Source: an uncultured Gemmatimonadales bacterium
GTDB taxonomy: Bacteria; Gemmatimonadota; Gemmatimonadetes; Palauibacterales; Palauibacteraceae
Length of the DNA stretch: 64,000 bases
Assembly (NCBI GenBank): GCA_963783385.1
Contig: CAWANJ010000009.1
Location: forward strand, 768,001 to 832,000
Direction of reading: 5' to 3'
The position numbers and the translations under genes are program-made. This document shows positions 29,241-39,900 of this stretch, in pieces. A model generated the notes under the pieces. The model was given only the letters and a program-made list of their open reading frames with translations. It made no database searches and was not told where the DNA came from. Positions within the stretch are counted from its first letter, which is position 1. Each line of letters begins with the position of its first letter.

Positions 29241-30920
29241 TCAGCGCAGCGACCGCCGCGCCACGCGCGGCGCCTCGAGCGCACGCACCACGGGCAGCTC
29301 CACCACCCGGCCCGACCCGTACACCAGGCCCGAGAGCGCGCCCTCCTCGGTTCCGAGGAGCCGGTCGAAGGCGTTCCACCGGAACAGGCCGTAGCCCTCC
29401 GGCTCCAGCAGGGCGAACGCCAGCCGGCCCAGGGGCTGCGCGGTGCTCACGTAGTAGGCGCCGGCGGGCAGCGTGCGCAGCCGGCGCTCGTAGCGGCCCT
29501 CCACGTCCAGGAGCGCGTGGCCCTGGAAGCGACGATCCGCCCACCGCAGGCTGTCGGCCACGAAAACCTCGACCGTATCCGTCCATGGGGCCCGGAGCTC
29601 GGACACCGCCAGGCCGTGCAGCCTCAGGAGCCGCGCGGTCGCTCTCTCGGAGGCGGGGAGGAAGTAGCCGGCGGGCAGGCGCCGGGTGCGGGTGAACCCG
29701 AACCGGTCCAGGATCGGGAGCCGGACCGTCCGGAAGGAGCCGGTCGGCTCGAGCACGGGCCGGCCCCGCGCCGAGTCTCCCGTGGGGCGCATGACCTCCA
29801 GCCGCACCGGCTCCTCGCCCCGGCTGACGGGCTCGAACCGAACCCCGAGCTCGGGCCGTGACCGCGCGCCGGCTCCCTCGAGCGTCGTCTCCCGGTCCGC
29901 TTCGCGCTCGAGTCGCCGAATCTCCGTCGCGTGCTCGGCCGCGTAGCGGAGGATCTCCACGAGGAAGTCGTGGGAGACCCGCACGCGCGTGCGGAAGTCG
30001 GCGTGCGAGTAGGCCTCGCTGAGAATGGCCATGCGCCCGCGGAGCCCCACGTAGTTGGTACCGTACCAGGCCAGGGGCGCGTAGGTCGTCCACGCCTCGG
30101 GATGCAGGGGGTCGCGCACGTTGCCGTACACGAAGATGGGCTCGCCATGGTCCCGTCCCATGGCCCGGCGCACCGCGGGGAGGAGGGAGTCGCGCACGAA
30201 GCCCAGCGGCCCCGGAGGCGCGTCGGGCTGGAGCGGGGGCGAGTAGGTCAGCAGGTAGCCGTGGTGCGTCCCGTCGGTCGTGTGCAGGTCGACCATCAGC
30301 GCCGGATCCCAGCGGTCGTACACCCGGGCCAGGGAGGCCCGCGTCTCGGGAGCCTCCGCCTTGAGGTAGTCACGATTGAGATCGAGGTTGAGACCATCGG
30401 GCCTGAGTCCAACGCTGTCAGGGCCTTGCTGCTCCTGGCGATGGAGGGCTCCGGGTCCGAGCGCGTCGTTCCCGTCCGGGTTGTAGACCGGCGCCACCAG
30501 CACGACGAGCCGCTCCAGGAGCGCGCGGCGCGGGCCGGCCAGCTCCCGCAGGAGCTGCTGCACCGCCTCCTTCCCCTCGACCTCCCCACCGTGGATGTTC
30601 GCCTGCAGGTAGACCACGAGCTTGCCGGATGCCGCCGCCTCGGCCGGGGAGGTGACGGTCGGCTCGGAGGCCACGATGAACAGGATCGGCTTGCCGAGGG
30701 CGGACCGCCCCATGGTCTGGAGCTGGATGGGCGCCCCCTGCGCCTGGAGGCTGTCCAGGAAGGCCGCCACTTCGGCCGTGGTCGACGTGGCGGCGTAGGC
30801 GGTGCGCTCCGGCACCGTGGCGGGTGACGGCGCTCCCTGGGCACCGAGCGGCCCGGCGAGCGACGAGAGCAGCGCGGCCGCGAGCGCCGCGACGGCGCCG
30901 AGACGGGGTCCTCCGGGCAT
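29241..30920 (-). CDS. M14 zinc carboxypeptidase, secreted
   Basis: NIHGGEVEGKE, YNPDGN, DLNRD, DLHTTDG; signal peptide. Confidence 0.9.
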   Translation of the reverse strand: MPGGPRLGAVAALAAALLSSLAGPLGAQGAPSPATVPERTAYAATSTTAEVAAFLDSLQAQGAPIQLQTMGRSALGKPILFIVASEPTVTSPAEAAASGKLVVYLQANIHGGEVEGKEAVQQLLRELAGPRRALLERLVVLVAPVYNPDGNDALGPGALHRQEQQGPDSVGLRPDGLNLDLNRDYLKAEAPETRASLARVYDRWDPALMVDLHTTDGTHHGYLLTYSPPLQPDAPPGPLGFVRDSLLPAVRRAMGRDHGEPIFVYGNVRDPLHPEAWTTYAPLAWYGTNYVGLRGRMAILSEAYSHADFRTRVRVSHDFLVEILRYAAEHATEIRRLEREADRETTLEGAGARSRPELGVRFEPVSRGEEPVRLEVMRPTGDSARGRPVLEPTGSFRTVRLPILDRFGFTRTRRLPAGYFLPASERATARLLRLHGLAVSELRAPWTDTVEVFVADSLRWADRRFQGHALLDVEGRYERRLRTLPAGAYYVSTAQPLGRLAFALLEPEGYGLFRWNAFDRLLGTEEGALSGLVYGSGRVVELPVVRALEAPRVARRSLR

Positions 30921-31086
30921 GTGTCCCTCCCTCTCCGAGGACGGATCGCTCTCCCATGGACGGCGCCTCGCGCGCCCGACCCCAAAGGAGCGGCTCCCTG
31001 TCGGGCCGGCAAGCCGCCGGAACGTCCTATGCATGATTCTGCCACCGAGGCATCGCAGGACCGCAGTACAGTGGCAAGGAGGAATC

Positions 31087-31413
31087 ATGGCTAACGGTTG
31101 GATCATAGGAATCCTGGGAATCTGGCTGGTCATCACGCCCTTCCTCGGCTTCGCGAGCCTGGCGAACTCCTGGATCGATTGGGTCGTCGGCGTCGTCGTG
31201 GCGATCTTCGCCTTCACGATGACCCGCGAGAAGCCGGGCCAGGGCTGGTCGGCCGGCATCGTGTCCATCTGGCTGTTCATCGCGGGCTTCATCGGAGGTC
31301 TGGTGTCCGGCGCAGGGACATGGTGGAACGACATCCTGGTCGGCCTCGTGTTCATGGTGACCGGTTTCACGGCCCTGCCGGACGGTCACACCCGGCACCC
31401 GCAGACCGCGTGA
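31087..31413 (+). CDS. SPW-repeat small membrane protein
   Basis: LGIWLVITPF..WIDWVVG and SIWLFIAGF..WWNDILVG repeat pattern; SD AAGGAGG. Confidence 0.75.
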   Translation: MANGWIIGILGIWLVITPFLGFASLANSWIDWVVGVVVAIFAFTMTREKPGQGWSAGIVSIWLFIAGFIGGLVSGAGTWWNDILVGLVFMVTGFTALPDGHTRHPQTA

Positions 31414-31420
31414 GCATCGC

Positions 31421-32050
31421 GTGAGAGGCGGACGGACGAGAGTCGCCGCCTTCGTGCTCCCGCTGCTCGCACTGGCGGGAGTCACCGCCGCGGGCGGCCC
31501 CGACTCCGAGCCGGGGCCGCCCGTCGTGCACCCGACCGGTAGGGTGGACGCCCGCCTCGAATCCTCAGCGCTTTCGGAGAACGCCATGAGCCTCGACGTC
31601 GAGAGCCCCGCGTTCGGGCGGGGCGATCCGATTCCGACGCGCTACACGTGCGACGGCCAGGACGTGTCACCGCCGCTGCGCTGGTCCGGGGTCCCCGACT
31701 CCGCCGTCACGCTCGCCGTGCTGGCGGAGGATCCCGACGCGCCCCACGGACTCTGGGTCCACTGGGTGCTGTACGGTCTCGAGGCCAGCCGGAGCGGCCT
31801 CCCCGAGGGCGTGCCCACCCGCGAGGCCGTCCTGGACGGGGCCCTCCAGGGTCGGAACGACTTCCGGAAGATCGGCTACGGGGGACCGTGTCCGCCGGCC
31901 GGTCAACGTCATCGCTACTTCTTCCGGATCTACGCCCTGGATGCCCGGCCCGATCTCGGAGCCGCGGCGACCCGGTCGGAGCTCCTCGCCGCCATCGAGG
32001 GCCGGGTGGTGGCGCACGGTGAGCTGATGGGGACGTACCGCCGGCGGTAG
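31421..32050 (+). CDS. YbhB/YbcL (PEBP/Raf kinase inhibitor-like) protein
   Basis: YTCDGQDVSPPLRW, EDPDAP..WVHW, YGGPCPP..HRYFF. Confidence 0.92.
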   Translation: MRGGRTRVAAFVLPLLALAGVTAAGGPDSEPGPPVVHPTGRVDARLESSALSENAMSLDVESPAFGRGDPIPTRYTCDGQDVSPPLRWSGVPDSAVTLAVLAEDPDAPHGLWVHWVLYGLEASRSGLPEGVPTREAVLDGALQGRNDFRKIGYGGPCPPAGQRHRYFFRIYALDARPDLGAAATRSELLAAIEGRVVAHGELMGTYRRR

Positions 32051-32142
32051 ACGGCTCCTCGAACAGGAGCGGTCCCGGCCACTCGCGACCGGATCAGAAC
32101 GGCGGTGGACGACCTTCGCCAGCGGCCCTAGCTTGGATCGTG

Positions 32143-34020
32143 ATGGACGCCCACCGCCATGGCTCCCGCATCGCTCCACGCACGGCCACGGGTCTCCTGC
32201 TCGTCGCCGCTGTCCTCGGCGGCCGACCCTCCGGGCGTGAGTCGGCTCCAGGGCCCGCGCCCCCGGACCCCGCCGACTCCAGCGCGGTCGAAGCCGCCGC
32301 CCGCCGAGCCCAGGCTCGCTTCGAGCGCGACCGCCGGCGCAGGCTGCCCATCCAGCGCGTCGCCTACGGCCCGTGCCCCGAGCGGGTGGGTCGGTTCTGC
32401 CACTGGTTCGAGGACGACGGAGTGGAGCCCCGTCCCGAGCCGGCGTCCATCGGGCCCCTGCGGCTAGAGCTTCTCGCCCGGCTGGATTCCGCCTTCTCCC
32501 GTCTGCCCGGCTCCCGCTGGATCTCCGGCCAGCGGGTCCGCTACCGGATCGAGGCCGGCCGGCCCGCCGATGCCCTGGCCGCCGCCCGCGCCTGCCGCGC
32601 CTCCAGCGCATGGTGCTCGCGCCTGGCCGGGATGGCTCTGCACGCGCTGGGCCGGGAGCGGGAGGCGGAGGCGGCCTTCCGCTCGGCGCTCCGCGCCGAG
32701 ACGCCGGCCGAGCGCTGCAAGTCCGAGGACGTATCGGTCCTCCTCGAGGGTGAGGCCAGGTCCCACTACGAGCGGCTCTCCTGCCCCGGTGCCGGGCGCC
32801 GGGTGTTCGACCGGCGCTTCTGGTGGCTCGCCGACCCACTCTACCTGGAGCCCGGCAACGAGCGCTGGGTCGAGGACCAGGTCCGCCGAGTCACGAGTGC
32901 CCTCCAGGAGGAGGCGGCGTCGCCCTACGACGTGCGGTGGGGAGAAGACCTCACCGAGCTCACGCTGCGCTACGGGTGGCCCGCGTGGTGGGAACGGGTG
33001 CCCGAGGACCCGCTGCGTCCCGGCGACCTCGACAGCTGGATCGCGCACGACCCGCCACACGGACTATCCTTCCTTCCGAGCGTCGATCCCCTGACGCCGC
33101 CGGCCGAGCTCGCGCCCGGTGCGTGGCGCCTGGACGACGCCCGTCCGCGGACCACCTACGCCACGTCGTACGCGGACACCTTCGTGCGTCTGCCCGGCCG
33201 ACCGATCGTGTTCCGGCGCGCGGACTCCGTCCTCGTCATCGGGGCCTTCGCGCTCCCGGAGGGATCCCCGGCGGCAGGCGGGACTCGGCCGGCAGCCGCC
33301 CCCGGGCCGGCTCTCCTCCTCCTCGCGGGGGGCCCCGACGACATCTACGGGCGTGCGGAACGCGCGACGGCGGCCGGCCGTGGCGTGCTGGTCGCCAGGG
33401 CCCCGGCGCGAGGCCTCCTGGTCGCGATCGAGGTCCTGGACCGTCGGCGGCGAGTGGCCGCGCGCCTGCGCCGGGGCCTGCCCCTGCGGGCTCCGCCCGA
33501 CGGGACCCCGGCCATCTCGGGGCTGCTGGCCGGTCCGCCGATCGTGGACCGCGGCGCGGGGGCCGGGGCCTCGGGTCCGCTTCCCATCACCGGCGCTGAC
33601 CCCGTCGGCATGGCCACGGAGCTCCGCCTCGCGGGTCCGGGGCCCGCCGCGGCCCCGGTGGCGCGGCCGGGCCGGTCGGTCGAACTCTACTGGGAGCTGT
33701 ACGGGCTCCCTCCGCTCGGCACCGCGCTGGGGATCGAGGTCACCCTCCGCGAGGACGAGGCGAGGTCCTTCGATCCGGTTCGCCCGGCCCTCCCGTCCCG
33801 CACGCGGCCCCGGGTGCGGCTCGCGTGGACCGAGGTCCGTGGCGAGCGAGCGAGCGCCTACCCCCACCGGGTCACGCTCTCGTTGCCGACGTCCCTGAAG
33901 GCCGGCGTCTACGCCGTCGAGGTCCGCGTCTCGATCCCGGGCTGGACGGAGCTCGTGAGCCGGGCTCCCATCCTGGTGCGGGCGCCTCCGGCCACGGAAA
34001 CCGAAAAACTACATTCGTAG
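32143..34020 (+). CDS. Secreted hypothetical protein, GWxTD-like central region
   Basis: Signal peptide, TPR-like segment, RFWWLADPLYLEPGNER..RYGWP, C-terminal ELYWELYGL..GVYAVEV Ig-like part. Confidence 0.55.
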   Translation: MDAHRHGSRIAPRTATGLLLVAAVLGGRPSGRESAPGPAPPDPADSSAVEAAARRAQARFERDRRRRLPIQRVAYGPCPERVGRFCHWFEDDGVEPRPEPASIGPLRLELLARLDSAFSRLPGSRWISGQRVRYRIEAGRPADALAAARACRASSAWCSRLAGMALHALGREREAEAAFRSALRAETPAERCKSEDVSVLLEGEARSHYERLSCPGAGRRVFDRRFWWLADPLYLEPGNERWVEDQVRRVTSALQEEAASPYDVRWGEDLTELTLRYGWPAWWERVPEDPLRPGDLDSWIAHDPPHGLSFLPSVDPLTPPAELAPGAWRLDDARPRTTYATSYADTFVRLPGRPIVFRRADSVLVIGAFALPEGSPAAGGTRPAAAPGPALLLLAGGPDDIYGRAERATAAGRGVLVARAPARGLLVAIEVLDRRRRVAARLRRGLPLRAPPDGTPAISGLLAGPPIVDRGAGAGASGPLPITGADPVGMATELRLAGPGPAAAPVARPGRSVELYWELYGLPPLGTALGIEVTLREDEARSFDPVRPALPSRTRPRVRLAWTEVRGERASAYPHRVTLSLPTSLKAGVYAVEVRVSIPGWTELVSRAPILVRAPPATETEKLHS

Positions 34021-34056
34021 GCGATGGGTGGCGCGGAACGGAGATATCGATTAATT

Positions 34057-34085
34057 TTGACGTGGTGAATTTGGGGGTTCATGTT
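34057..34085 (+). promoter_or_regulatory. Putative sigma70 promoter
   Basis: TTGACG-17 nt-CATGTT in a locally AT-rich intergenic patch upstream of 34171. Confidence 0.4.
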
Positions 34086-34170
34086 CACGAACGGGTACGG
34101 GAACGGTGCGATTCTCGGAGGGTATGGCTGTGATGATGGAAAGCACGCGCAGGCTCCACGGGAGGGCACC

Positions 34171-35718
34171 ATGTTGAACCCGTCTCGACGCGGCCTGGTC
34201 GTGCGATCGATCGCCCTGGTCGCCGGAGGCCTCGTGTGTACGGCCCTCGCCCTGCCCTCGTCTCTGCACGCGCAGGCGGAGGGAGCCGCCGTTTCGAACC
34301 GGCTCCGGGTGCGCCTCGCCGCCACGGGGACCCGGGACTTCCTGGCCACCTACGCCCACGTCTCGGTGTCCGAGCCCGCCTACGTGGCGGTGTTCGAGAT
34401 CCACCCGGACGTCGGCGCCCTCATGGTCTACCCCGTCACGAACCCGCGCCGGCAGCGCCTGCAGCGCGCGGTCTCGTTCGACCTCACGGACCTGGTCCTG
34501 GACCAGTACCGCCGGGAGTTCCGACGGCTGTCGTTCGCGAGGTTCACGTATGCCTCGCACGTCCGGACGCGCGGCTACCTGGTGGCGATCGCCTCGCGGC
34601 GCCCCCTGAACACCAGCCTCCTCGCTTCGGGCCGCATCCTGGAGTACCCGGGCGGCGCGGCCGAGCCCTACGACATCGTGGACGAGCTCGTGTCGCTCCT
34701 CGTCCCGGCGCAGCCCGCCGGCGACTGGAGCTACGACATCTACGGCTTCTTCAACGACCAGGAGCCGGCACTCGCCTACCTGATGGCGCCCGGCTACTTC
34801 TATCCCGAGCGCTCCCTGTACGGCTACCCCGGGAGCTTCTGCTACGGCAGCGGCTTCGCCTTCTACTTCGGCCTCTATCCGGGCGCGTTCTACGGGCGGT
34901 GCGGCGCCAGAGCCTACGACTGGTTTTCGTGGTACGGCCCGGGCCTCGCCTACGGCGGCTGGCCCTGGGGCTGGGGCTACGGGCACGGCTGGGGTTACGG
35001 CCCCTCCTTCCCGCGCGGACAGCCCCGCACGGCGGGCCCCGTCGACACCCAGGGCATGACGCCCGGTACGCCGCGCGACCGTGATCGGCACATCGTGGTG
35101 GACGGTGGGCCCGGATCGGCCGTCGTGGCCGGCCGAGTGGCCGAGGGCCGGCACCAGCGAAAGGGCGTGACCGACTCCGGGAAGAAGTCGAGCGCCCGGA
35201 GCCCGGACCCGGTGGACGCGGCCGAGCGCTTCCGGGAGATCCTCGACCAGCTCGGGGACGCCCGCAGCACCGAGGCGATCGGTCCGGCCTTCGTGGTACA
35301 GAACGAGGCCGCCTTCGCCCGCGCGGGCCTGCGGGCGACGCCGCTCCTCGGCTACCGGATGCGGGCCCAGGCGCTCGAGGCCCAGAACCGTCTGGAGCAC
35401 CGGCTGCAGTCCATGGGCGTGCCCGCCGGCCAGGCGATGCAAGCCGCTGGACGGGCGGGCGGCGCGCCGAGGATCGGCTTTCGCGGACAGGCGGGCGCCA
35501 CGGTGATCCGGAGGTCCGCGCCGCCGCCTGCCTCCGCGGGTAGCGGCGGAGCCGCGGCGCACCGGCCCTCGGCCGTCCGGGGCGCGAGACGCGTGCAGCG
35601 GGTTCACGTGTCACGTCCGGCGTCGCCGAGGCCGCGCGCGGTGTCGAGGCCGGCTCCTCGGGCGCCACGCCCGCATGGGGGCAGCTCCAGCCACGGTGGA
35701 GGGCACGGACAGCTCTAG
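34171..35718 (+). CDS. Exported protein: DUF4384-like domain, Tyr/Gly-rich middle, Arg/Pro-rich tail
   Basis: SRRGLV twin-Arg-like signal; SEPAYVAVFEI..GALMVYP..GYLVAIASRRPL; SD GGAGG upstream. Confidence 0.55.
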   Translation: MLNPSRRGLVVRSIALVAGGLVCTALALPSSLHAQAEGAAVSNRLRVRLAATGTRDFLATYAHVSVSEPAYVAVFEIHPDVGALMVYPVTNPRRQRLQRAVSFDLTDLVLDQYRREFRRLSFARFTYASHVRTRGYLVAIASRRPLNTSLLASGRILEYPGGAAEPYDIVDELVSLLVPAQPAGDWSYDIYGFFNDQEPALAYLMAPGYFYPERSLYGYPGSFCYGSGFAFYFGLYPGAFYGRCGARAYDWFSWYGPGLAYGGWPWGWGYGHGWGYGPSFPRGQPRTAGPVDTQGMTPGTPRDRDRHIVVDGGPGSAVVAGRVAEGRHQRKGVTDSGKKSSARSPDPVDAAERFREILDQLGDARSTEAIGPAFVVQNEAAFARAGLRATPLLGYRMRAQALEAQNRLEHRLQSMGVPAGQAMQAAGRAGGAPRIGFRGQAGATVIRRSAPPPASAGSGGAAAHRPSAVRGARRVQRVHVSRPASPRPRAVSRPAPRAPRPHGGSSSHGGGHGQL

Positions 35719-36818
35719 CCCGGGGACCGCACCATCCTCCCCCCCGCCTCTCCAGCCGGTGAGTCGCGGCGCGTCTCGCCGTGCTGGAGGATCCACAGGT
35801 GCCCTGGCGGCTCGGCCGCATCCCACGCCGCCCGTAGTCGCCGCGGCGGCTCCTCCATCGGCTCGTCGGTGAGCCGGAAGGTGCCCCAGTGCATCGGCAC
35901 CATGGCGCCGGCTTCCGCGTCCCTTCCCAGGTTCAGGTCGCGCCAGGCCTGCACAGCCTCCTCGGGGCTCATGTGCACGGGGCGCATGAACCAGCGAGGC
36001 TCGTAGGCCCCGATCGGGAGCAGGGCCGCGTCGAAAGGCCCGAGCCGCCCGCCGATCGCGCCGAACTCGGGGTGGTAGCCCGTATCGCCGGCGAAGAACA
36101 CCCGCCTTCCCCCCGCCTCCACGCTCCAGCCGCACCACAGCCTCCGGTTGCGGTCGAAGAGGCCACGCGAGGCGAAGTGGCGTGCCGGCGTGCAGGTGAC
36201 CCGGACCGGGGCGCCTCGCACCTCCTGCTGGACGTCCTCCCACCAGTCCAGCTCTCGCGCTCCCTCGACCCCCCAGCGCGACACGAGCTCGGCCAAGCCG
36301 ACGGGCACGATCCAGCGCGCCGCCGGCTGCAGGCGAACCAGGCGCCGGACGGTGTCGGCGTCCAGGTGGTCGTAGTGGTCGTGGGAGACGAGGACCAGGT
36401 CCAGCGGAGGCAGCTCGGACAGATCGAGGGGCGGGGGCACCCAGCGCACGGGCCCGGCGAATCCGACCGGCGAGGCTCGACGGCTCCAGATGGGATCGGT
36501 GAGCACGTTGACGGGCCCGAGCTGGAGCAAGGCGCTGGCGTGCCCCAGCCAGGTCACCGCCAGCTCGCCGTCCGCCGCCCGAGGACGGGCCGGCGTCGGA
36601 CCGGTCGTGGGGAACAGGTCCGGGTCGCGGCGCTCGAACAACGCCTCCAGCTTTCGCCGGGAGAAGCTCCAGCGGAGAAACTGGAGTAGGCCGTGACGGA
36701 GATCACCCGGCCACGGGTTGCGGAACCGTCCGTCGGAGCGCCGGTGCAGCGACCCGGGCGGGGGCACTTCGGCGCCGGCGCCGGCCGGGGGCGCGTCGCG
36801 TCCGCGGGGCGGATTCAT
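35715..36818 (-). CDS. MBL-fold metallo-hydrolase (NAPE-PLD/RomA-like)
   Basis: FRNPW, TWLGHAS, SHDHYDHLD, FAGDTGY, PIGAYEPRWFM, PMHWGTF. Confidence 0.92.
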   Translation of the reverse strand: MNPPRGRDAPPAGAGAEVPPPGSLHRRSDGRFRNPWPGDLRHGLLQFLRWSFSRRKLEALFERRDPDLFPTTGPTPARPRAADGELAVTWLGHASALLQLGPVNVLTDPIWSRRASPVGFAGPVRWVPPPLDLSELPPLDLVLVSHDHYDHLDADTVRRLVRLQPAARWIVPVGLAELVSRWGVEGARELDWWEDVQQEVRGAPVRVTCTPARHFASRGLFDRNRRLWCGWSVEAGGRRVFFAGDTGYHPEFGAIGGRLGPFDAALLPIGAYEPRWFMRPVHMSPEEAVQAWRDLNLGRDAEAGAMVPMHWGTFRLTDEPMEEPPRRLRAAWDAAEPPGHLWILQHGETRRDSPAGEAGGRMVRSPG

Positions 36819-36987
36819 GGGATCCAATGTGGAGCCGGTGCGGGCGCCGCGATACCCGACCGGGGGCGGGGCACCTCGAACGCGGAACGGACGTTGCCCA
36901 TACGGGTCCCTATACGGGTATGCTCGCCATGGAGATGGGCCGGGACGGACGCGGGCGAGCCGGAAATCCGACGTGAGGCGGTGGAGC

Positions 36988-39900
36988 ATGGCGGCAGGCA
37001 GGCGACGCTGGATGGCGCTGGTGATCGCGGTTGTGGCGGCGGCCCTCTTCTCTCCGGTCGGCGCCCGCGCCCAGTACTTCGGCCGCAACCAGGTCCGATA
37101 CAAGTCGTTCGAGTTCCGGGTGCTCGCCACCGAGCACTTCGACATCTACTACTACCCGGGCGAGGAGCAGCTGGCCGAGAACACGGGCCGCATGGCCGAG
37201 CGCTGGTACTCGCGCCTGTCGCGGCTCATGGACGACGACCTCAACGGACGCCAGCCCCTCATCATGTACGCCACGCGCCAGGCGTACGACCAGACCAACA
37301 TCGCCAACGTGGCCGGGAGCGAGGGCGTCACCGAGCCCTTCCGCCGGCGGGTGGTCCTGTTCTCCCAGGGCCCGCTGGCCGCCACCGACCACGTGATCGG
37401 CCACGAGCTCGTCCACGCCTTCCAGTACGACATCTCGGGCATCGACCCCACCACGCCCCTGTACGGGGCTCCCTCCATGAACGGCCTGCCCTCCTGGATG
37501 ATCGAGGGCATGGCGGAGTACCTGTCCAAGGGGCCCAACGACCCGCTGACCGCGACGTGGGTGAGGGACGCGCTCCGCAGCAAGGACGTGAAGCTCCCGA
37601 ACCTCCGCGACCTCGAGAATCCCCGGTACTTCCCGTACCGCTGGGGCCAGGCGCTGTGGGCCTACATCGGCGGGGTGTGGGGCGACAGCACGGTCCAGCG
37701 CATCTACAGGACCGCGCTGCGCACGGGCCGGGCCGGGCCGGCCATCCAGGTGGTGACCGGGTTGCCGGCCGACACCGTGATCCAGCGCTGGCACGACGCC
37801 ATCCAGCGGGAATGGGGTCCCCTCGTCGACCAGACCAAGCAGCCGGACGCGTTCGGCAAGCGGATCATCGAGGGTTCGAAAGACGTGATGTACAACGTGG
37901 GTCCGTCCGTGAGCCCCGACGGCAAGCGGGTGGCCTACCTCTCCACCAAGAGCCGGTTCTCGATGGACCTGTACCTGGCCGACGCGAACACCGGCCAGGT
38001 GATCCGCCAGGTCACCAAGACCGCGTTCGACCCGCACTTCGGGAACCTGGAGTCGGAGAGCTCGGCGGGCGCCTGGGCGCCGGACAACCGGCGCTTCGCG
38101 CTGGCCGCCGTGTCCGGCGATCAGCCGGTCATCGCCATCTACGACATGGACACGGGCAGCAAGGTCAAGGAGCTGCCCATGAAGGACCTGGGCCAGGTGT
38201 ACAACCCGACCTGGTCGCCCGACGGACGGCGAATCGCGTTCGTGGCCATGAAGGGCGGCCTCCTGGACCTGTACGTCGTCGACGTGGACTCGGGCGCGGT
38301 CACCCGGCTCACCCACGACGAGTTCACCGAGCTCGAGCCGGACTGGTCCCCCGACGGAAGCCGCATCGCCTACGTCACCGACCGGTTCGGGGCCAACATG
38401 GGCGACCTGCACATGGGGCACTACCGGCTGGCTTCCGTGGACACGACCGGCGGCGACATCCGGGCCCTGCCGTCCTTCGACAGCGCCACCAACATCAACC
38501 CGACCTGGGCGCCGGACGGGAAGACCGTGTACTTCGTGGCCGATCCCACGGGCATCCCCGACATCTACCGGGCCGACGTGGCCGCGGGCCAGATCCGGCG
38601 CGTGACCAACGTGCTGGGAGGCATCGGTGGGATCACCGAGCTGAGCCCCGCGATGTCCGTGTCCTCGCAGACCGGCGCCGTCGTGTTCAGCGCCTTCGTG
38701 AACGGCTCGTTCAGCGTCTACCGGATCGACGATCCCAAGGTGCTGGCCGGGACGGCCGACACGACGACGACGTTCGCCGACGCCGGGGCGCTGCCACCCC
38801 CCGATCGCGCCAGCTCGGAGGTCGCGACGCTGCTCGGGAACCCGCGGCTCGGCCTTCCGGACGCCGCCACCTTCCAGCGTCACGACTACAACGCGGCCCT
38901 CGGCCTGGACTACATCTCCCAACCCTCGCTCGGGGCCGGGATCAGCTCGTTCGGGAGCTACGTCGGGGGAGGCGCGGCGCTCCTGTGGGGCGACATGCTG
39001 GGGAACCACTCCCTCATCACCCAGCTCCAGCTCCAGATCGTCAACGGGAACGTCCTCAACGGCATCGGCGCGGTCGCCACCTACGTCAACCGGACGCACC
39101 GGCTGAACTGGGGCATCCAGGCGGGACAGATCCCGCAGTTCTCGCAGTACTACGGAGGGAGCGGCTGCGGGACGCAGAACGGGCGGCTGGTGTGCGCGGA
39201 CGTGATCTACGACTTCTGGCAGACGAACCGGCGGGCCCTGGGCATGGCCATCTACCCGCTCAGCTCGGTCATGAGGCTGGAGTTCCAGGGCGGGATCGAG
39301 CAGATCGGCTTCCACGCGGAGACCGAGACCCAGATCTTCGACTACATCACGGGTCAGCAGCTCAGCAACAACAGGGTCAACGCGGCGGCCTGCTCCGACA
39401 CCACGTCCTTCCTGACCAGCTTCTGCGAGCCCGGCTCCCTCACCGAGGGAACGGCCTCGGCCGCGCTCGTCTACGACAACTCGATCTCCGGCCCGACGGG
39501 GCCGATCCTCGGCCACCGGTTCCGCATCGAGGCCGATCCGTCGGCCGGGACCCTGAACTACGTCTCCGCGCTGGCCGACTTCCGCGAGTACGTCATGCCC
39601 TTCTGGCCGGTGACGCTCGCGGGCCGGGTCATGCAGTACGGCCGCTACGGGAGCGGGGCCGGGGACGACCGCCTCGGCATCCTGTTCCTGGGCTACCCGA
39701 CCCTGGTGCGCGGCTACAACTACAGGTCGTTCAGCACGGCCAACTGCGACCCGACCCAGCCGATCTCCCAGTGCTCGGAGATCAGGGTGTACAACGAGCT
39801 GTTCGGCAGCCGCATGGCGGTGGCCAACGCGGAGCTGCGCATCCCGCTCACCGGGCCGATCGGGGTGTTCCACACGGGCTCGCTGGTGCCGCCCGTCGAC

